Assembly: GCF_964355755.1 (NCBI RefSeq)
Contig: NC_092672.1
Span: 17,435,237-17,499,236, forward strand
From: Antedon mediterranea
Lineage: Eukaryota; Animalia; Echinodermata
Direction of reading: 5' to 3'
Length of the DNA: 64,000 nt
The translations under genes and the position numbers were made by a program. Numbering within the stretch: the first letter of the stretch is position 1; every line of letters begins with the position of its first letter. The notes beneath the pieces were generated by a model. The model was not told the origin of the DNA. It ran no database searches and saw nothing but the letters and a program-made list of their open reading frames with translations. Shown piece after piece: positions 54,773-64,000 of this stretch.

Positions 54773-57224
54773 TTAACAATAACGTGGTTTGTTCGCGTAC
54801 CATAGTATTTAATAATTAGCCTAATATCAATACATTTATTGGACAATGGACGAACAGTAAAACAATACAGAATGAATAAAAATCATACGGTACAATTTCT
54901 GTGACTTAATATACTATGGACTTAAAACAATGTATTAAACGCCCAATTGAATTTCGCTGTTAGTTTGAAAATTAATGGAAAACAATACACGAGTGCACTG
55001 AATATCGTGCTAAATATAGATATATTTGTACTGTAATTTCTATTGAAAAAGATAGATTAATTTACAAATTGTTTTAACAACGGTAATTTTTCAAAAAGAA
55101 CAGAACAGATTTGCTTATATTATTGTGGAGGAACCTGTACCATAGTATACTATATATTTCCAATTCACCATAATGCCTAAAAGGGGAGGTGGTTTTATAG
55201 CTGTCACTGCTTGCTGCTTCTTTGGTACTTGACAAATCACACCTCAATATGCAATTAACTGATGACCAGATCTTCTCTCTCTAGTATGTAAAAGCGTGGG
55301 ATAGAAATTCTAATTATTAACCTTTTGTATTATAATCCTTTTGTATTTCGACACTGTTTATATGAAGCAATTTGACACAGCTGTTAAATTGTTAATTTCA
55401 GAAGCCATTGAATTTGCCCTTTGCGTTGGCTTATTATTTTTCGTTTATTTTATTATTATCCTTATTCTATATTTTATTTTAATAAATGCAGTTTACTTGT
55501 TAGGCCCTCGTTACGACTGCTCAGTACCAGATTGCCTGATTTTGAAAATTGTCTTCTGTTTAAAATATTGATGATAATAAAAAAAAGTGGTCCAGAATTG
55601 GGATCCCATAATACTATTGAATGCTCATTGACCCATATCTGTATGTGGTTTCAATGTGTTAAAGATCTGGAATAAGTTCGTTTTAGTAATCATGCTACTA
55701 ATATAGACTACATAAACCCCCTTGGCGGAGGTAATAAACACACATTAAAAGAATACATTTTGACGACTTTTCTACTACTACAATGACGAACACAGGTATT
55801 AGCCAAATATGTAACCTGTTTAAATTACTCCCACACAAATTCACAATAGTTGTGATCTTATTCAAGTTGTTCACACTATTATACTTTCTTACACTGACGG
55901 TGTAAAATATAGTTACTTATAGTTAATTAATTTGCTTTATTTTCAATTCATTATGTTCTTAAAAATGAGTTTTAAATCACATATCGAAGACTGTGGCTGC
56001 TGATAATTTTGAATTTTTAGTATTGCAATATCTCTTGTGGGGAAGCGTGAGGTACCTATATTTAAATTAACAATTTTAATATTAATTTTTGTATTTGTTA
56101 TACTGTTTTGTGAACACCTTGCAAATTGTTATTTTCAAATCCCATTATTTGTGCATTTGTGTTGGCTTTTAGTCGTAGATAATTTGGCTGTTTATTTTAA
56201 TATACAGCATTATTTTAGTTTTCATTACGTAATATACCACGCCTTCACTGTTTACCTGAAGCCTGAGAAAGTTTGATTTGAGCATCTTTGGAATGCGTCC
56301 CTGTGCAGTCCAGTAAACAATAGTGTCAATAAATGCACAGTCGAGGCATCCATAACTATCACTTCATCATAATTATTTCTACAAGTAACATCGAATTTTA
56401 AAATGTCTCTACGCCGTCAGAAAACTAGCACATGCTTTGGTCTATTTTGATTCAGACGAAAGTACAGCAATTGTACTATCTAAGAAGTTGCAGGGAGACA
56501 AAGTTCCTAACGGTGTCGTTAAAATGGTATACAACAAACAACAATTAACGTGCCGCATTGTGGAACTTTCTGACACATCTGATGATTTAGTTCACAAAGA
56601 CACACTGTTCTGGGAGAAACGCAAGCGAGAGCTTGGTAAGTAATGTTATATTGTAGTTATTCATTCAAATAGTGAATGAATAATATTTATTTTAACTTCT
56701 TAAATACCAGACCTACTGTTGTACTTGCTGTCGAATGTTATCGTGAACATACGAGTTGACGTATTACAGACATTATCCACGCATTGTACGTTCTCGAGGC
56801 TGGTCGATTATTTAACATATTTTTACGCCAAAATTGATAAAAATGCGCACTAAAAAAATGTATATTTTGCATATTACACTTTATTATAATTATATTTAAA
56901 ATATTTAATCGTACCTCAATATTAGCCTATATAACATGTATTTTGTAATGGCACAAGCCATATTTGTAACAGTAGGCCTATTGTTTTTTCTGAAATCATA
57001 ATAAAATTAAATTATAGGCGCAATCAAATTTTAAACCTAATGATTTAATATATTTATGACTGTACTTTCTTTTATTAAATTATAGACTTAAACCTAATAT
57101 CCTTTATATTTTGTCATTCCTGTATAACTGATTAATCATTTTATATCGACAGATGATGACTCTGAAGTTACTGTTGACTCCCCTAACAAAAAATCAAGGA
57201 AGAATGACCCCAGGAAAGATGTCA

Positions 57225-57600
57225 ACACAGAAAATGAGAGACCAAAGAAAGACCAAACGGAAAATGAGAAACCCAAGAATGACCAAACGGAAAATGACCA
57301 AACAGAAACGGAGAAACCCAAGAATGACCAAACGGAAAAAGAAAACCCCAAGAATGACCAAACGGAAAATGACCAAACAGAAACGGAGAAACCCAGGAAT
57401 GACCAAAGGGAAAAGGAGAAATCCAAGAGTGACCAAACGGAAAAGGAGAAACCAAATAATGACCAAACAGAAAAGGAGAAACCCAAGAATGTCCAAACAG
57501 AAAAGGAAAACCAAAAGAATAACCAAACGGACAAGGAGAAACCAAATAATGACCAAACGGACAAAGAGAAACCAAATAATGAGCAAACGGAAAATGAACA
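57225..57600 (+). repeat. Coding 30/15-bp minisatellite (NDQTEKEKPK-like) in BEN exon 2
   Basis: AATGACCAAACGGAAAAGGAGAAACCCAAG-like units; unit lengths are multiples of 3. Confidence 0.9.
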
Positions 57601-59139
57601 ACCGATCCCGAATTTTGACATCCAACTCCAGTCACCCAACGCCGTAATTGTGACGGAATTCGAGAGTCCATCGGAAAGCGGTAAGTCCTGCAATTTGTTT
57701 TGTTTAAAAAAAGTAAATAACAACATAAAATCACAGTAATAAATAACATCATGAATAGTAATTTACATTAACGATTCAAATATTACATACACACAAAATT
57801 GGAGAAGCAAAATAATGAAACAAAACGTGTATATTCTAGATTAGATTAATACCTAAAAATACAGACACCAACGACGGCATTTTAATAACGGTGTGTAACG
57901 TTTAATAACAGCATATAAATATATTATGAAACCCTCGAATTTATTTACTAGACAAGTAATTGGCAGGGCTCCAATGGTATGAACTACCCTGGGTAAATAA
58001 ATGAAATAAATAAATAAACCATTATGTTGTTCCCAAACTAGGTGTTGTGTATAACAATTATCATTGACATTTTTTTAATTATAGACATTGAGCTTGATAT
58101 CGATTCCGACCTTCTTGTCGAAGTCCTTGCTGGTCCTCTATTGAGCAGCACAGTCTTAAGTAGTAAGTATATATCACTTTGAATAATAGTTGTTTTGATA
58201 AGTATTTGCCTCAAATGCTGTTGTGGGTACTTTAAAACAAAGAAATCTATCTATATCTTTAGTACTGTATAACTACTTTGGCTCTTAAATACGTACCTCA
58301 TTCTTTGACAAATAACAGAACTCAATTTTGACATTTCCTTAGTTTTAATTTGCTGGTTTATTGTGTGTCTTAATTAAGATCCCTTAACTGTTACCTATTT
58401 CATTGAATTTATTTATTTTGTATTATCTTCCCAACTTTAACTTAAATGGTTTTTTTTTCTTTTAATTTGTAAAAATCGGTGTTTTGACCCATTTTAAACT
58501 ATACACAGTGAATGTAAATTAATATTAACTTGGCACCGCATTGGCCTGTTATATTTTTGATATTATAAAAACGTTGGGCATCCTATACGATTATATTAAA
58601 TGAATGTTATACATTTCTTCTTTCAGATCAAACTGGATGTACGGCATGCGCTTGCGCAAAGTGCATGAAGGTCCCAAACATGCTGGAAACAATTATAACA
58701 AATCAAACAATTATTATGCAGCAGCTAACCACCCGGTTAGGTTATACTCAACAAGTGCAGCAAGTAGCAGCTCCGCCGACCAATGCCTTACTTGGTGAAA
58801 CAAATGGTAGAGCTGACAGTAATGGCATTGTTCATATAGGGGGGCTGGTGCCCGTAGCCGAGGAAAAGTACAAAGCCGCAGTTGGCGTTGGCAAAAATAA
58901 GTCAGCAACAAAAATGACTAGAAGACTGCTGGACATAATGTTCACACAGGAGGAGCTAGCAGTATCTAATTTGTACGGCTCTAAGAAAATAGAGAATGGC
59001 AAACTTGTCACAAGGCCAGCACTAGAAGCGCCACGTTCGCGGGCACTTTTCAGACAAATTGAACAGGAATTTCCAGGTGCCACCTCAAACAATTATTTAG
59101 CTTTAAAAGAGGCTGTCAATAGTAAATGCCGAAGAATTA

Positions 59140-59973
59140 AGCCCCTTTCTCACAGATGTGCCTGCAATATACCGGTACAGTGCTGGCGTCGTGCCGGTAT
59201 CGTTACCGGCATATACCCATTCTCATCGGACTATCGTGCCGGAAATATAACCGGTATATACCGGCTTTCTGTGAGAAAGGAGTCGGGCATATTCGGCCAA
59301 TAAAATGTCTCTGACAAAATAATTATTGAGGGCGTCCTTTATTGTTATTATTTTTGTCTAGCGATGATATGGCGGCGAATGTTAAGTTACAGATTATTAT
59401 CTTCCTTTATAGCATATTTATGCAATACATGCTATGTACAGTATATTTTGCATATATTATACAGGTATAGCAATTAATTTGCCGTCATCGGCAATCTGTA
59501 AAACACCTTAGAAGGCTGTAGGCCTACAATTTACAAGGCGACGAAAGGTCAGGCACCAACTGTACAAACAAAGAGCTATGGCTGGCCTAGCCTAGCGGCC
59601 TATATAGATTATGCTACAAATTTCTTCTTGTCCCCTTATTTTAAGCAGCTCTCTTATCTCATTATCCCTCCAGTTCGACATTATTATTGTTAATTGAATT
59701 GAATAGGCGCCAAAGTGATACACTTGACTGCGCAAGGTGTCAAAGCCTCGACGGGGAACCCCGGAATATAACGGCAATACGTTCTCACAGAATGCCCGTC
59801 TGGCATTGCGGGGAATATCCCTAGAATATTACTAGGTCTAAAGCAGGTCATGTCGATGCCGGCATGGTGCCGGCATGATGCCAAGACGACCTGTTCTCAC
59901 AGAAAACCATACCGGCATGGTAATGGTATATTCCCGCAATATTCCTGGCACACAACTCTGTGAGAAAGGGGCT
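59140..59973 (-). mobile_element. PIF/Harbinger deletion derivative retaining the start of a Myb/SANT-like gene
   Basis: TTA|AGCCCCTTTCTCACAG...CTGTGAGAAAGGGGCT|TTA; minus-strand MSNWRDNEIRELLKIRGQEEI from 59681. Confidence 0.9.
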
Positions 59974-60096
59974 TTAGAGAAATACTTAAAGGTAGTGAAA
60001 ATGTAACACCAAAATAGTTGGTTGGTTTTGTTTTGTAAAATAAAATATTTTAATTATTATTTGTTCGTATATTGTCATTTATGTTTACTAGGTCTA

Positions 60097-60259
60097 AAGC
60101 TCTATCTACACTATCAAACTTTATGTGACAAAAAAATGTGATGTGCCCATATATGGTAGTGATATGCACAAATATGGTAGTGATGTGATGTCAACGTGTC
60201 CATATATGGGCACATCACATTTTTTTGTCACATAAAGTTTGATAGTGTAGACGGAGCTT
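60097..60259. mobile_element. Hairpin MITE of about 160 bp
   Basis: Near-perfect ~60-bp TIR AAGCTC..TCTACACTATCAAACTTTATGTGAC..., flanked by TA. Confidence 0.8.
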
Positions 60260-61602
60260 TAATAATAATGTTAATGTCTAAAAAATTAACAACGTGAACA
60301 TAAGATCATAGAACTATTTCAATTTGTGCGACATTACATTTACTGTGAATTCATTTTTATTTCAACAATATTTTTATGATTTTTTTCTGGTCCCAATACC
60401 ATCTTTTTTAAATAATTCAGCGAACTGATTCAATTCCCATACAGAATAATATCAATGCCATTAGAAAATACAAACAATATCTTCAAATTAAACAAAGAAA
60501 CGGATATCTCCGATCGCTGACAAATAATGATATTATTACAATTATTTGTTTATGTGTACCCAACAATCCGGGCGTTTTCCAAAAATCGCAGAAAAGCATC
60601 TATTTTAGGGAGGCTTTTACAATGTAACTCTGTTATTATTTATTATTTAAATTGTTATGGCTGTTTCGGCATTGTTATTAATTAGTTAGTTGTTTTAAAT
60701 TCGTAATCATAAGAAACACCGTCGGCATTGATGTAAAATGATCTCAAAATCGTTTTTTTTAGTGAACTGCTAGTGTTAAAAGATAGGGGAAATTGTCAAA
60801 AGCTGGCGACCTGGTACTCAGCAGTCCAAACACAAGAGAATTACTTGTCCAAAAAACTTCATTTTTGTACGAGGGACAAGAGTTATAATTTGTGATTCGT
60901 AATTTTAAAATTTAATTTGATTTAATGTATAGGAATTTTGATACGAGTAAATTCACCCGCTTGTTGTTTGTGAAGTTTTGACAGGCGTTTATTAAACTAT
61001 AGGGAACATCTATCTATCCCCTTCGGCTTATTTGTTACAATTTAAAAACTCACAACTCAGTAAAGTGGTACAGTCCTACTGTACATGGTTAATTACGTAC
61101 CACTGTCTTCAGGCAGATGATTAAGAACATTAAACGTATTGATAATAAATAAAAAGGGATTGTATTGTGTGCAGGAAAACGGAAGCCAACCGAAATAATA
61201 TAGCGCGGCGGCTATACTCGTAACTTGTGAGGGTCCCTAATGATCAGCTTCGGCTGGATGGACCACCCTCGGTAAAGATTGTTGAAATAAAAATAAAAAA
61301 ATAACCTAGCCTACTTGTTATTTTCAAAACACATTACACGTCGGCGAGGTCCGTTGGCATGCGTGACTAGCGGAACAAACCAAATATTCCTCGCAACAAA
61401 TATCAAGCTAACAGACCCTTTTCCATCGGGCGAAATCAGTTTATTACCTCCCATGTTTATGCGTACCATTTCGGGACTTACTATCTCAAGTAGTACGAGA
61501 GAAATTCATGACATACAGGACATTGAACATTTAATAACGTAGCTTAATAAAAATATGTTGGCTAAACGAAAATAGCGTGTTTCTAGTTTATTTATGTAGG
61601 CC

Positions 61603-62024
61603 CAGGGATGTCACCACGGTGGTCGGCGATGGACGGCCCCGTCCACCATGCACTCGGAATTTCCGACCACCATTTTCATGACGCCGACCACCACTATATT
61701 TACGCATGTAAATCGTATAGCCTATTGTTCGTAACTTACTACTACGATACGATGTATTGATATTATAATTATCAACGCGTCGATCGTAGGGTGGTTCGTA
61801 GAGGAGTTAAACAACATTGTCATCGCCTTTAGAAAACGCATGGACAATGCAAATTAACAATGTACTGTTCACTAATTAAAATCGACGCCGCCTAAAAATC
61901 CTACCTAAGGTTAGGCCTATAGTAGGAGACGACACATTAGCCTAATTTTGCAGGACGTAATGAAAATGGCCCAAGTATTCTGTAGCTAACCTCACCATGG
62001 CGACCACCACTCATGACATCCATG
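61603..62024. mobile_element. Degenerate hAT-like MITE
   Basis: CAGGGATGTCA...TGACATCCATG ends with CGACCACC subterminal motifs; no clean TSD. Confidence 0.45.
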
Positions 62025-62498
62025 TAGGAGGCCTATACAGTAGGCCTGCAATGAAACGTCTATTTTAGGTACCCCACCTGGGTATAAATCGAGTTAATCG
62101 TAAATTTAAAAATTCGAACTAGATCGTAGGCCTACTCTTTTGCTGTGTAGCGCCTGATGGAAAGTAATTCTACGCATTTTGGTCCCTGGATGGAACATGA
62201 TATATCACGCGTAAACCGCCAATGTTGAACGATTCCCACAAAGGGACACCGCTAGACATGTGCGTTCCTACAAAAATCTAGGTCGCAATCCGGCGAGGGT
62301 GGTCGGAGTCAAACGCAGCAGTGTGTCATTGACGGTTATCAATCACATGTTCTACAGTACACGAAAACTATCGCAACTGGACGAAGTAAGTCGAAGTTGG
62401 TCATGTTGACTGTTGTTACACACAATTGTGCGTGATCAAAAGGTCAAATCAAATGTTAGAAAGCCGACTCAAGGAAGCGAAGCAGCCGTATTCACGTA

Positions 62499-64000
62499 CA
62501 GTACAGATAAAAACTACTGCAACATTTGCCACGCGTAGGTAACGTAGTCTACGCATGGCGGGTGCGTGGCGTAGCATTCGTAGTGCGTAGGCTACGCGTA
62601 GCATTCGTAGCTTACGTTGTGATCAACTGTGTGTGGGAATTCCCCAAACTCAACTGTGTACAAGTACATCGTCGACGGCTTAGGCTAAGCAGGCTACGAA
62701 CAGTTCGAATAAATAGAAATGATACGATTGTTTCGCCAATACAATAATATCATCATCATTATCAAACATGCTTGAAATTCAAATTTTTCTAAAGAAAATA
62801 GCAATTAAAATTGCTCAAAGCCTAGGCTAGACGCGAAAAGTCTAATTAACTAGGCCTACTGCTGACTGCTGTACATTCACCATCGGCATCGCCGGCCAGG
62901 CTAGTGTACAAAATGAATTGATGACGGGCCGTTATTATGACTACCTTCCGACCATAGTAATAGTATTAGTAGTAGGCCTAAAATTGCAAGTTAATTTTTT
63001 ATAAGTAATTAATACAGTACTCAGTATGTTTCATTTAAACAAAAAAATATACAGGTTTGAAACTGTCGTAACTGTACATCAAACAGAAACTCCATTATTA
63101 GCTATTGTAACAAACTGCAGCAGAGGATCGGTGAAGGGTCAAGTTACAGGCCGTTTAGACCATCGTCATCAGCAGAGAGGAGGAGGATCGGAGGATACAT
63201 AACATGTGCTTGCCTGATCTTGTTTTGTTTTTTTTAGTCATGCGCGATAATAAATTAGATAGTATTTAAATAAATGTTATTTTAGTTATAAATAAAAATA
63301 AATTATAATTAACATTTTAGGGTTAGGAAATATGCAAGACTTTATTTAATAAAAGTTGAACTTCACTAACTTGAAGGTTAAAATCAAAACATAAAAGTAC
63401 AGTTCAGAGAGAGTATCCATCCGCGGATCATAAACACGTGGATATAAACACACTGGGCGAATGAATTACGAATGGAGTGATCCGTCTCGATTTCCGTTGG
63501 AACAAAAATAATACGCAAATAATATCGTATTTGTATTCTATTATTTTGACATTTACAGTATTTAAACAATTCATATTATCCCATAGTACTAAATAAGCGT
63601 AATATGTCATTTAAACGCATTTTTAAAACGAAACATCGTTCATTATAGCCTAGTAAACAAACATAGTTCAGACAGTAGAGTTGTACTGCGCGATACACAC
63701 ACGTGGGTAAACAGCAGCTTCACGGCGAAAACTGTCGTATCGAGGAAATATCCTTCTGTCACCTAGGCTATACCACATTATTTCACATTTTCACGCCATG
63801 TACATCGTATTTAACGCTTGTACACAGTATGGATTATCATACAATACTACTACTAAGTAGGCCTATAAGTACTATAGGCGTACCACATATTTTAAAATTA
63901 AACTGTCGGTAGGTACGCCGGTAACCCTACCTTTTTAGCTAGCTAGCTAGGCCTAGCCGGAGGCCATTTCACACAAACATACGACGACCGCCGTACGTTG
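62499..64000. mobile_element. TA-flanked CAGTACAG-ended element, copy 2 (inverted, runs off the window)
   Basis: Reverse-complement match to 48957-51306 without the nested MITE. Confidence 0.9.

Larger units (their letters stand above)
56403..60017 (+). pseudogene. Four-exon BEN-domain protein gene (56403-56635, 57153-57680, 58085-58162, 58627-59139 + 59977-60017), with an apparent +1 frameshift and a MITE insertion
   Basis: All three introns are GT-AG, phase 1, in frame. The C-terminal TRRLLDIMFTQEELAVSNLYG...RPALE...AVNSKCR fits the BEN pattern. Extra A at 56421-24; the native stop is restored by removing 59140-59976. Confidence 0.75.

Noticed and set aside
57136-57752. Several long overlapping ORFs (Lys/Arg-rich, hydrophobic)
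   Set aside because: They are alternative frames of the coding minisatellite; splice phases select the NDQTEKEKPK frame.
48583-64000. The 1.5-kb+ inverted repeat as the TIRs of a giant Polinton-like element
   Set aside because: Copy 1 has its own TIRs and TA flanks, copy 2 starts with the same TA-flanked end, and their flanking sequences differ; no polymerase, integrase or capsid genes are present.
37950-64000. Upstream flotillin-2 exons (MGN..., GGWAWAWW...)
   Set aside because: Not found by eye on the minus strand; probably beyond the window, although a very short exon could have been missed.

Overview
AT-rich, intron-containing eukaryotic DNA, probably from a marine invertebrate (echinoderm-like; this is an inference). 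The host gene is flotillin-2 on the minus strand, with three internal coding exons at 37735-37949, 8247-8479 and 3356-3475; its other exons were not found in the window. Almost everything else is intronic transposon sequence. The 29.3-kb intron is largely one 25-kb nested stack, five levels deep: CACTA/EnSpm-like > Sola2-like > 5-bp-TSD hAT-like > TA foldback > TTAA MITEs. The region upstream of the first visible exon (45.5-64 kb) holds two spliced genes antisense to the host: a Zator/TP36-like DD43E transposase and a BEN-domain gene with a frameshift and a Harbinger insertion. They are associated with TTAA-flanked AGATGTATTGTCCC ends and may form an undescribed composite element. Paralogous repeat copies differ by TA>TACAGTA/TACTGTA/TACGGTA/TAGGCCTA changes that look like excision footprints. 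All family assignments come from termini, target-site duplications (TSDs) and motifs read by eye; no searches were run.
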